A model generated the notes under the pieces. It made no database searches and had not been told where the DNA came from. It saw only the letters and a list, made by a program, of their open reading frames with translations. From an uncultured Eubacteriales bacterium (lineage in GTDB: Bacteria; Bacillota; Clostridia; Christensenellales; Aristaeellaceae), in NCBI GenBank assembly GCA_944349545.1, contig CALVNG010000002.1, positions 9,328-73,327 of the forward strand: a stretch of DNA of 64,000 bases, read 5' to 3'. The translations under genes were made by a program, and so were the position numbers. The stretch's first letter is position 1; each line of letters begins with the position of its first letter. Shown piece by piece: positions 1 to 7,946 of the stretch.

Positions 1-5
1 GTCTG

Positions 6-968
6 GTGGATTATTATGATCTTTCCAAGGTTCCTCCGGAATGCTATGAGGCTGCTGGGTGGACCGCCGGCACCATTGAGCGCGCTAACAACTTCTTCTT
101 TCTGGACTCCGACATCACCACCGAATCCATCGAAGCGCTGCTGGCGGTGCTTGAGGATGCCGGCGGCGTGGCTGTGAACCGCCAGAGTGTCGCAGAGGCA
201 TTGAACACGGCTGTCCATGGAAGCGACGCCTTCCTGTGGGCGTTTGGGATGACGGCGGCGCTCTGGGCGCTCGCTCTTTTGGGCGCCGGCGCGCAAAAGG
301 GCCGGCGCGTCGCGCTGCTTGTGCCGCTTCTGGCGGGCGCCGCGCTCGTGGTGGGACTGGTCCTCTATCTTGCTATGCAGGGCCGCATGCCCACGCGTGT
401 CCTGTGGCTGGTGTTCCTGCCGTTCATGGCGCTGGTGACGGGGCTGCTGCCTTCCTGCATCCCGGCGGTTTCGTTGCGGGCCGTGCGTGTGGCCGGGGCC
501 GCGGCGCTTTGCTGCGGGGTGCTGTGCGTGTCCGGGCTGATGCTCGCACGGGTAATTCCGGAGCTGCTGCCCGATACCGAGGCATGGGAATCCATTGGCG
601 ATCCGGCCGCCACGCTGGACGAATACGCCCTGTGGAACCCGGATATGCTGTTCATCCATGACATGACGCTCGCGGTGGATACCCGGCTGTTCCCGGATGT
701 GAGCGAGGGCATCCCGCACAATGTCGTATTCTGGGGCGGCTGGCCGCTGCGCTCTCCTGCGACCATCGAGCAGTTTGCCGCCTTTGGCATCGACCTGCTC
801 AACTTTGACCCCACCGATCTGTTGCGCTACGATGTGTGCATCGCATCCGGCGTGGTGGACCCGCCGCCCATGCTGGTGATCGACTATCTGCGCGAGAAGG
901 TGGACCCTGCCTGTGATTATATGATCTACAGCGAGATGGGCGGCGTATACTTTTTCCAGTTTTATTGA
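6..968 (+). CDS. hypothetical polytopic membrane protein (5' end may lie outside the window)
   Basis: 320-aa ORF with GTG at 6 and no in-frame stop back to the window edge. Central hydrophobic blocks (LWAFGMTAALWALALLGAG, LLVPLLAGAALVVGLVLYLAM, VLWLVFLPFMALVTGLL, AAALCCGVLCVSGLMLA) suggest 4-5 TM helices. No catalytic motif recognised. Confidence 0.5.
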   Translation: MDYYDLSKVPPECYEAAGWTAGTIERANNFFFLDSDITTESIEALLAVLEDAGGVAVNRQSVAEALNTAVHGSDAFLWAFGMTAALWALALLGAGAQKGRRVALLVPLLAGAALVVGLVLYLAMQGRMPTRVLWLVFLPFMALVTGLLPSCIPAVSLRAVRVAGAAALCCGVLCVSGLMLARVIPELLPDTEAWESIGDPAATLDEYALWNPDMLFIHDMTLAVDTRLFPDVSEGIPHNVVFWGGWPLRSPATIEQFAAFGIDLLNFDPTDLLRYDVCIASGVVDPPPMLVIDYLREKVDPACDYMIYSEMGGVYFFQFY

Positions 969-998
969 ACGTGCATCCGCTGAAGGGAGACGTTGTGA

Positions 999-1871
999 GT
1001 GACCATCCGAGAGCTGTTTGACCGGCCGGGCGTGCATTTGAGCTGCGAGGTGTTTCCGCCCAAGGTGTTTGACAAGGTGGAGGAGGCCAAGGCCGCGGTG
1101 AGCGACATCTGTGCGCTGGCCCCGGCCTATGTCAGCGTCACCTGCGGCGCCTCCGGCAGCGCGCCCCAGTTTACGCGCGAAATCAGCGCCTTTGTGCAGG
1201 AGCATGGCGTGACCGCGCTTTCCCACCTCACCTGTGTGGGAGACACGCGGGACAAGGTGGACGCGGCGCTGGACGGCCTGGCGCAGGCGGGCGTTAAAAA
1301 CGTGCTGGCTCTTCGGGGCGATCTGCCAGAAGGCATGAGCTTTCCCGGCGAGGAGCATTTCCGCTATGCAGCCGAGCTGATTGCAGCCATCCGCAGCCGC
1401 GGCTCGTTCTGCGTGGGCGCGGCCTGTTACCCGGAGGGCCACCCCGAATCCCCGGACCGGGACACGGACCTGGACTATCTGCGACGCAAGCAGGACGCAG
1501 GAGCGGATTTTCTCACCACGCAGATGGTGTTTGACAACGATATTCTCTACCGCTTTCTGTACCGCGCGCTGGCGAAGGGTATCGATATCCCCGTCACGGC
1601 GGGCATCATGCCGGTGGTCAATGCGCGTCAGATTCGCCGCATCGTAAAGCTGAGCAACGCTACGCTGCCCCAGCGCTTCCTGGCGATTCTGGACCGTTTC
1701 GCCGACGACCCTGACAGCATGGAAAAGGCGGGCATCGCCTATGCCACCGACCAGATCATCGACATGGTAGCCAACGGCGTCAACCGCATCCACCTCTATA
1801 CCATGAACCGACCAAGGGTGGCGGCGGCGATTTTTGCCAACCTGGGTCCCATTCTGCGCCATGGATGCTAA
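999..1871 (+). CDS. metF: 5,10-methylenetetrahydrofolate reductase
   Basis: 290-aa ORF. GTG start lies 8 nt after GAAGGGAGA. Blocks SCEVFPPK, LALRGD, ACYPEGHPE and DFLTTQMVFD are typical of the MetF/MTHFR family. Confidence 0.9.
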   Translation: MTIRELFDRPGVHLSCEVFPPKVFDKVEEAKAAVSDICALAPAYVSVTCGASGSAPQFTREISAFVQEHGVTALSHLTCVGDTRDKVDAALDGLAQAGVKNVLALRGDLPEGMSFPGEEHFRYAAELIAAIRSRGSFCVGAACYPEGHPESPDRDTDLDYLRRKQDAGADFLTTQMVFDNDILYRFLYRALAKGIDIPVTAGIMPVVNARQIRRIVKLSNATLPQRFLAILDRFADDPDSMEKAGIAYATDQIIDMVANGVNRIHLYTMNRPRVAAAIFANLGPILRHGC

Positions 1872-2454
1872 GGCGCGTACCCTGCGCGATGCCGCGCGCT
1901 ATCTCGGCATTCGCGGGGAGCCTGCCGGAGAGGCGCTGGCGGTGTTGGAGTTGGCCTATCCCATGGCGCGTGAGGAGGCTCAACCCCGGAGCCTGATCCG
2001 TCGCGCACCCATGCGGGTCCATGAGGGACGGCTTTTGATTGCGGACGCGATGGCCATTTCCTCGCTGGATCTGTGCCGCCTGTTCGCGGGGGCGCGGGAG
2101 GGGCTGGCGCTGGCAGTTACGCTGGGCGCGCCGCTGGATGCGCTGGTGCGGCGGCTGATGCTGACGGACCCTGCTCTGGGCGCGGCGGTGGGCGCGTGCG
2201 CTTCCGCGCTGGTGGATGCCTTTATCGACGGGCTTGTGAAGAAGGAAAACGCATCATTGAAGGCCGAGGGTCTGTGCCTGTCGCCCCGTTTCAGCCCCGG
2301 TTACGGCGACGCGCCGCTGAGCTGCCAGGAACCGCTGCTTTACTGGCTGGAGGCGCGCCGCATCGGCGTCAGCCTGACCTCGGGCGGGCTGATGCTGCCC
2401 GAAAAAAGCGTGACGGCGCTCATGGCGCTGCGCCCTGTGGAGGAAGAACCATGA
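1861..2454 (+). CDS. stand-alone methionine synthase (MetH) activation-domain protein
   Basis: ORF 1834..2454. The ATG at 1861 overlaps the metF stop. C-terminal SPRFSPGYGDAPLSCQ...GVSLTSGGLMLPEKSVTALMAL resembles the AdoMet-binding reactivation domain of MetH. Its stop overlaps the metH ATG (ATGA at 2451). Confidence 0.75.
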   Translation: MDAKARTLRDAARYLGIRGEPAGEALAVLELAYPMAREEAQPRSLIRRAPMRVHEGRLLIADAMAISSLDLCRLFAGAREGLALAVTLGAPLDALVRRLMLTDPALGAAVGACASALVDAFIDGLVKKENASLKAEGLCLSPRFSPGYGDAPLSCQEPLLYWLEARRIGVSLTSGGLMLPEKSVTALMALRPVEEEP

Positions 2455-4868
2455 ACGGAATTTGGAATGAGCTTGGCAAACGGCTGCTGTATTTCGACGG
2501 CGGCATGGGCACGCTGCTGCAGGCCATGGGCCTGGCCGGCGGCGAGCGGCCCGAAACGTGGAATCTGGCCTATCCGGACCGGATTGAGGACGTTCACCGG
2601 CGCTATCTGGAAGCCGGCTGCGACATTGTGACCACCAACACCTTCGGCGCGACCGCCGCCCATCTGGGCGAGGCTGCGTCGCCCTGTATGCGCGCAGGCG
2701 TGCGCCTCGCCAGAAAAGCCGTTTTGCACGCCGGACGCGGCTATGTGGCCGCGGACATGGGCCCTTCGGGCCGGCTGCTGGCCCCATACGGGGATCTGCC
2801 TTTCGAGGACGCGGTGCGCCTGTTTCAGGACGCCTTTGCCGCTGCCATCGACGAGGGGCCCGACCTTTTGCTGATCGAAACCATGACCGATCTTGCCGAG
2901 GTTAAGGCCTGCGTGCTGGGCGCAAAGCAGGCGCTCCGGGCGGCGGGAGTCGCGCTGCCCCTGTTCGTCAGCCTTACCTTCGACGAACGGGGCCGCCTGC
3001 TGACCGGCGCGGATATTCCGGGCGCTGTGGCCATGCTGGAAGGGCTGGGCGTGACGGCGCTTGGCCTCAACTGCGGACGCGAGCCGACAGCGCTGATGGA
3101 CAATGTGCGTGTCCTGGCCGCCTGCTCGGCGCTGCCTTTCTTCGTGCAGCCCAACGCCAGCCTGCCGGTGGTCGTCGACGGCAAAACGGAGTTTCCGACC
3201 TCGCCAGAGGATTTTGCGCGCGACATGCTGCCCATGGTTCCGCTGGGTGTGTGCGCGCTGGGCGGCTGCTGCGGCACCACGCCGGAGCATATCGCGCATC
3301 TGGTGGGCGCGACCCGCGAATGCGCGATTGTTTCACGTGAAACATCGCCGCGCTGCGTAATCTCCGGACGCACGCAGTCGCTTTCGCTGGATGACGGACC
3401 CCTCATCATCGGGGAGCGCCTTAACCCCACGGGCAAAAAACGGCTGAAGCAGGCGCTGCGCGACGGGGACATGGACGCCGTGATGCGCGAGGCCATCGCG
3501 CAGACGGAAGCGGGCGCGCACGCGCTGGATGTGAACGTGGGACTGCCGGAGCTCGATGAGCCTGCTTGCCTGACGCGCGTGGTGCAGGCCGTGCAGAGCG
3601 TATGCGACGTGCCCCTCCAGCTGGATACCGCGGACCCGCGGGCGCTGGAGGCGGCCATGCGGGTTTATATCGGACGGCCGCTGGTCAACAGCGTCTGCGG
3701 CAAGCAGGCGGTGATGGACGCGGTGTTTCCGCTGGTGCGCGAATACGGCGGCGCGCTGGTGGCCCTGACGCTTGACGAAAGCGGTATCCCCGATACGGTG
3801 CGGGGCCGGCTGGACGTTGCCGAACGCATCGTGCGGGAGGCTGCGCGCTACGGCATCCGGTCAAACGATCTGCTCTTTGACGCGCTTACGCTCACCGTCG
3901 CCACCGATGCGTCCGCCGCTTCGGTGACGCTGGAGACGCTGCGCGAGCTGCACCGCCGGGGATACAAGACCGTGCTTGGGGTCAGCAACGTCTCCTTCGG
4001 CCTGCCCAACCGGCCGGCCATGACGGCTTCGTTCCTGTCCATGGCGCTTGCCGCCGGACTGGATGCGGCCATCCTTAATCCCCTTGACCCGATGGTGTGC
4101 GCGGCGTTTTGGGCGGGCCGCGCGCTGACGGGCTGCGACAAGGGGCTGGAGGGGTACCTGCAGGCCATGCAGCGCTTGTCACCCCCGACCTCCATGCCGG
4201 CGGCGCCTGTAGCGCTGTCTGCTTCGGCGGCTGAGAAAGGAACTGAACTTGGGGACGCGCTTTTCCGTGCCATTCGAGACGGACTGGCGGGTGACGCGAA
4301 ACTGGCCGCACAGGCCCTGCTGGATGCGGGGAACGAGCCGCTTTCTCTGATCGAAGGGAGCGTGATGCCCGCTTTGACGGAGGTTGGCGCGCGATATGAG
4401 CGCGGAGAGCTGTTTTTGCCTCAGCTTCTGCAGAGCGCCAACGCCGCGCAGGCTGCCTTCGAGCCCATCCGCCGTCGCCTGCCTGCCCAGGCCGGCGAGG
4501 GAGCGGGCCGCGTGGTGCTGGCCACCGTCCATGGCGACGTGCACGATATCGGCAAAAACATCGTCAAGGTGCTACTGCTCAATTACGGCTTTGCCGTGAC
4601 CGATCTGGGCAAGGATGTGCCAGCCGAGCGCGTGCTGGAGGCCGTGCGGGAAACCGGCGCGCGGCTGGTGGGCCTGAGCGCGCTGATGACCACAACCGTC
4701 CCTGCGATGCGAGATACCATCGCGCTGCTGAGAAAGGAAGCGCCGGGCGTTCAGGTCGTAGTGGGCGGCGCCGTGCTCACCCAGGCATATGCCGATCAGA
4801 TCGGCGCGGATCATTACGCGCCCGACGCCATGGCGACGGTGCGCGTAGCACAGCAGGTGCTGGGATGA
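2451..4868 (+). CDS. metH: cobalamin-dependent methionine synthase (Hcy-binding, pterin-binding and B12-binding domains; no C-terminal activation domain)
   Basis: The ORF track opens at 2073, but the family-like sequence begins at MNGIWNELGKRLLYFDGGMGT (ATG 2451). Contains GLNCG and GGCCGTTPEHI (Hcy S-methyltransferase), IIGERLNPTG and VSNVSFG (pterin binding), and GDVHDIGKN plus GLSALMTT (DxHxxG B12-binding). Confidence 0.9.
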   Translation: MNGIWNELGKRLLYFDGGMGTLLQAMGLAGGERPETWNLAYPDRIEDVHRRYLEAGCDIVTTNTFGATAAHLGEAASPCMRAGVRLARKAVLHAGRGYVAADMGPSGRLLAPYGDLPFEDAVRLFQDAFAAAIDEGPDLLLIETMTDLAEVKACVLGAKQALRAAGVALPLFVSLTFDERGRLLTGADIPGAVAMLEGLGVTALGLNCGREPTALMDNVRVLAACSALPFFVQPNASLPVVVDGKTEFPTSPEDFARDMLPMVPLGVCALGGCCGTTPEHIAHLVGATRECAIVSRETSPRCVISGRTQSLSLDDGPLIIGERLNPTGKKRLKQALRDGDMDAVMREAIAQTEAGAHALDVNVGLPELDEPACLTRVVQAVQSVCDVPLQLDTADPRALEAAMRVYIGRPLVNSVCGKQAVMDAVFPLVREYGGALVALTLDESGIPDTVRGRLDVAERIVREAARYGIRSNDLLFDALTLTVATDASAASVTLETLRELHRRGYKTVLGVSNVSFGLPNRPAMTASFLSMALAAGLDAAILNPLDPMVCAAFWAGRALTGCDKGLEGYLQAMQRLSPPTSMPAAPVALSASAAEKGTELGDALFRAIRDGLAGDAKLAAQALLDAGNEPLSLIEGSVMPALTEVGARYERGELFLPQLLQSANAAQAAFEPIRRRLPAQAGEGAGRVVLATVHGDVHDIGKNIVKVLLLNYGFAVTDLGKDVPAERVLEAVRETGARLVGLSALMTTTVPAMRDTIALLRKEAPGVQVVVGGAVLTQAYADQIGADHYAPDAMATVRVAQQVLG
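3329..3344. promoter_or_regulatory. parS: parS centromere-like site (perfect 16-bp palindrome TGTTTCACGTGAAACA) inside metH
   Basis: Read directly at 3329..3344. Identical to the palindromised ParB/Spo0J-binding consensus TGTTNCACGTGAAACA. In frame it encodes I-V-S-R-E-T-S in the inter-domain linker of MetH. Confidence 0.75.
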
Positions 4869-4901
4869 AAAAACGCTGAATGCGCAAGGGAGAGATATGA
4901 C

Positions 4902-5354
4902 ATGTCTCAGGAACATAAGAACGTAACCAGCATGTGGCAGGTGGTCAAGTTCACGCTGTTTTCCATCAGCGCCGGCCTGATTCAGATTGCCGCCTTTACT
5001 TTGATGGAAACGGTGTTTCATCTGCCCTACTGGCCCAGCTACCTCACGGCGCTGGTGCTGAGCGTGCTGTGGAATTTTACGTTCAACCGCCGCTACACCT
5101 TCCGCAGCGACGCGTCCGTGGCGCGCAGCATGCTGCTGGTGGCGCTGTTCTACGCCGTGTTCACGCCGGTTTCTACATGGTGGGGGCACGCCCTGACCAG
5201 CGCCGGCTGGAATGACTTTCTGGTGCTGGCGGGCACCATGGTCGTCAACTTCGTCACGGAATTTCTCTACCAGCGCTTTGTGGTCTACCGCAACCGCATC
5301 GACACCAACGACGTGGCGCGCCGCGACGGCGAAAGGGCGGAGGTTAAGCCGTGA
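4902..5354 (+). CDS. GtrA-family membrane protein
   Basis: 150 aa with four hydrophobic helices. KFTLFSISAGLIQIAAF and NFTFNRRYTF are typical of GtrA-like proteins. RBS AAGGGAGAG lies upstream. Confidence 0.7.
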   Translation: MSQEHKNVTSMWQVVKFTLFSISAGLIQIAAFTLMETVFHLPYWPSYLTALVLSVLWNFTFNRRYTFRSDASVARSMLLVALFYAVFTPVSTWWGHALTSAGWNDFLVLAGTMVVNFVTEFLYQRFVVYRNRIDTNDVARRDGERAEVKP

Positions 5355-6316
5355 CGCAGCCAAAACGGGAAGCGGACTGGAAGCGCATGCTGTCCATGGC
5401 GCTGTTTGTGGCGCTGGTGGCGCTGCTCGTCTGGTATGTGTATGAGAACCGGGCGGACATGGCGCGCCTGCTGGCCCTCAGCGCAGGCGACGTAGCGCTG
5501 ATGCTTTTGCTGGCGCTGGGCGGCTGCGTGATGAACTGCGTCTATCACCGGCTGATCCTCTCCACCTACCGTATCCCTTTGGACGCGGTGGACTGGATGG
5601 GCGTTACCTTCGTGGCCAACGCCATGGCCTATGTGCTGCCCATGCGCGCGGACCTGGTGTTCAGCGCCGCCTACTACAAGCGCACCAAAGGGCTGGCGTA
5701 TGTCAAAAGCGTGAGTATGGCTGCGGGGAATATCGTCTTTGGCGTGGTGTTCGCGCTGGCGCAGATGTTTGTCGCCCTGCTTCTGACGGGTCTGCTGGAC
5801 GGCACATGGTCCGGCGTGCTGTGGCTCCTTTGGGGCGCGGGCACGCTGGCGTTGGCCGCGTTTATCACTTTTTCGCTGCTGGTGCAGGGCCGCGCTGCAA
5901 ATGTGCTGGAGCGGGTGAAGCTGCTGGGCGACGTGGTGCGCGGCTTTAACGCCTTGCTGAAAAACCGCTGGCTGCTTTGGAGGCTGCTCGCCTGCCTGAT
6001 CGTCAACAACGCGGTGCAGCTGTGCCTCTACATGGCCTGCTTCGGGGCCATTGGACTGCCGGTCACGGTGTATCAGGCGTTGTTTTACAACAGCGTCAGC
6101 TGGATCGCCACGGTGGTGTCCATCGTTCCGGGCAATCTCGGCATCAAGGAAGCGGTCATGGGCGTGGCCACCAGCCTGATGGGCGCCCTGTTTCAGAACG
6201 GCGTGGCCGTATCGCTGCTGCAGCGGGTGGCGGTGATGATCGTCTATATCGTGGCGGCCGCGGCGTTCGCCTGGCCGGTGTGTCGCCGGTGGAACGCGGG
6301 GCGTCACGCGGATTAA
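5351..6316 (+). CDS. flippase-like / UPF0104 (lysyl-PG synthase TM-region) family membrane protein
   Basis: 321 aa and highly hydrophobic (about 8 TM). The GTG start overlaps the gtrA-like stop (GTGA). C-terminal VPGNLGIKEAVMG resembles the family motif. Confidence 0.55.
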   Translation: MTQPKREADWKRMLSMALFVALVALLVWYVYENRADMARLLALSAGDVALMLLLALGGCVMNCVYHRLILSTYRIPLDAVDWMGVTFVANAMAYVLPMRADLVFSAAYYKRTKGLAYVKSVSMAAGNIVFGVVFALAQMFVALLLTGLLDGTWSGVLWLLWGAGTLALAAFITFSLLVQGRAANVLERVKLLGDVVRGFNALLKNRWLLWRLLACLIVNNAVQLCLYMACFGAIGLPVTVYQALFYNSVSWIATVVSIVPGNLGIKEAVMGVATSLMGALFQNGVAVSLLQRVAVMIVYIVAAAAFAWPVCRRWNAGRHAD

Positions 6317-6338
6317 GCCGACAGAAAAAGCAAAAAAA

Positions 6339-6372
6339 GGGGGAGCCGTCCGGATATTTGGACGGCTCCCCT
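6339..6372. terminator. bidirectional rho-independent terminator
   Basis: Stem GGGGAGCCGTCC / GGACGGCTCCCC, flanked by an A-run (left) and a T-run (right). Lies between convergent genes. Confidence 0.7.
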
Positions 6373-6387
6373 TCTTTGCTTTTTTCG

Positions 6388-6750
6388 TTATTTGCCCACC
6401 GGAACGATCTCCAGCCAGTATCCGTCCGGGTCCTTGATGAAGTAAATGCCCATGTCGGGATTCTCGTAGCAGATGCAGCCCATCTTCTCGTGCAGGGCGT
6501 GCGCCGCCTCCATATCGTCGGTGCGGAAGGCCAGGTGGAACTCCTCGTCGCCCAGGTTGTAGGGCGTGGTACGGTCCCTCAGCCATGTCAGCTCCAGCTG
6601 GAAGGTCTCGGTGTCGTCAGCCATAAAGACGATGGTAAATTCGGGCTTTTCGTTGCGGCGTACCTCGTGCAGGCCCAGCGCCTCACGGTAGAAGGCCAGG
6701 GAGCGGTCCAGATCGCGGACGTTGTAGTTTTCATGAATCATCGTGAACAT
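6388..6750 (-). CDS. VOC-family protein / glyoxalase I-like lyase
   Basis: 120 aa. HENYNVRDLDRSLAFYREALGL, HLAFRTDD and GIYFIKDPDGYWLEIV form a typical glyoxalase/bleomycin-resistance fold signature. Confidence 0.75.
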   Translation of the reverse strand: MFTMIHENYNVRDLDRSLAFYREALGLHEVRRNEKPEFTIVFMADDTETFQLELTWLRDRTTPYNLGDEEFHLAFRTDDMEAAHALHEKMGCICYENPDMGIYFIKDPDGYWLEIVPVGK

Positions 6751-6767
6751 GGGGTTTCTCTCCTTTG

Positions 6768-7637
6768 CTATTCAATGTCTACGGGTAAATCGGTATCGGC
6801 GAAGGGGTCGTCGCCCGTGGGCATCTGCGGCTCCACGCGTCGCGCGGGGGCGATGGGCAGTTCGCCGAAATCCTTGGGGGGTTCGATGATGTGGATATCC
6901 AGCAGCTGATCGTTAAAGGTCAGGTTCGCCACCACGCCGGGTTTGGTCAGCGCCAGTACCTCGGTATTGGGCGTGCGGGCACGGCGTGCAAAGTCGATGG
7001 CGACCTCCGGCCGCTCCTGCCAGTGCATGGGGATGAACACGCGCGGCTTCATCGTCAGGATGAAGTGGTTGGCTCCCGCGTCATACATCAGGCCCTGACG
7101 GGGATCTACCGGGAACATACACACGTCGATGCGCTCGCCTTTGATGGGCTCGATGGCATCATAGAAGGCGTTCTCGGCCGCCTCGATCTCCCGCAGGGTG
7201 CTTTCCTGACGCCAGTGCCACAGGTTCAGGTCGCCCGCATGGAAGATGCTCATGCCGTAGGCCCGCACCAGGAAGGCCACGCCCAGATCCGTGCTTTGGA
7301 AGGCCTTGACGCTCACATCGGGCGACAGCTCCTTCTCCTGCAACGGCGCCACGCGTTTGCCGCGGGTGCCCACGGGCATGTCGCTTGAGACGACATAGGT
7401 GATCGGCAGACCTTCGGATTCCCAGGTGTACACAATGGGGTCAAGGTGGTCTGGATGCGCGTGGCTGATAAAGACATAGATCTTCTCAAACGCCTTGAGG
7501 AACGATGGTGTAATCCGTCCCACCTGCGCCAGGGAACGGCCCTCGCCCTCCCAGTAGTCGAAGATCAGCAGCGTTCCGCCCACCTGGACGGAAAAGCCGC
7601 TGTGGTAGTGGTAGATGATTTTGAGCTGCCTGTCCAT
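6768..7637 (-). CDS. MBL-fold metallo-hydrolase
   Basis: 289 aa. Contains ISHAHPDHLD (HxHxDH zinc motif) and a later HAGD. Has an acidic C-terminal tail. Confidence 0.7.
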   Translation of the reverse strand: MDRQLKIIYHYHSGFSVQVGGTLLIFDYWEGEGRSLAQVGRITPSFLKAFEKIYVFISHAHPDHLDPIVYTWESEGLPITYVVSSDMPVGTRGKRVAPLQEKELSPDVSVKAFQSTDLGVAFLVRAYGMSIFHAGDLNLWHWRQESTLREIEAAENAFYDAIEPIKGERIDVCMFPVDPRQGLMYDAGANHFILTMKPRVFIPMHWQERPEVAIDFARRARTPNTEVLALTKPGVVANLTFNDQLLDIHIIEPPKDFGELPIAPARRVEPQMPTGDDPFADTDLPVDIE

Positions 7638-7804
7638 AGAAAAAGACGCCTCCTAGTAAATGATCGTACTGCAACATACGCGATTCCCCGGCTGTATCGG
7701 GAACGATATATTACAAAATGATGACTCATTCAATGGCGGCGTCATACAGGCAAAAGCCCAAATAATCAGGCTTTCAAGCGTAAGCAGCGGAAAAATACCT
7801 TGTA

Positions 7805-7833
7805 AGTATAGCATAGTATGTAACATAAGTCAA
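7805..7833 (-). promoter_or_regulatory. sigma-A promoter upstream of the MBL-fold hydrolase gene (implies an approximately 160-nt leader)
   Basis: Minus strand: TTGACT (7833..7828), 17 nt, TATACT (7810..7805). Confidence 0.45.
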
Positions 7834-7889
7834 CGGCTCTTTATAATGCTGCAATCTTTGTGGAATACTCCCAAAATTATTTCTCAAAA

Positions 7890-7929
7890 AACAACTGCAA
7901 AAAGGGCCATGCGCACACGCGCATGGCCC
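7890..7929 (-). terminator. rho-independent terminator of glgP
   Basis: Stem GGGCCATGCGC / GCGCATGGCCC (7904..7929, loop ACAC). On the minus strand it is followed by CTTTTTGCAGTTGTTTTTT. Confidence 0.75.
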
Positions 7930-7946
7930 CTTGAACAGAAGCTCTT

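Noticed and set aside
2073-2450. N-terminal 126-aa extension of the metH ORF as given in the ORF track.
   Set aside because: The extension is Gly/Ala/Arg-rich and overlaps the activation-domain gene in another frame. MetH-like sequence begins at the ATG at 2451, which overlaps the upstream stop codon.
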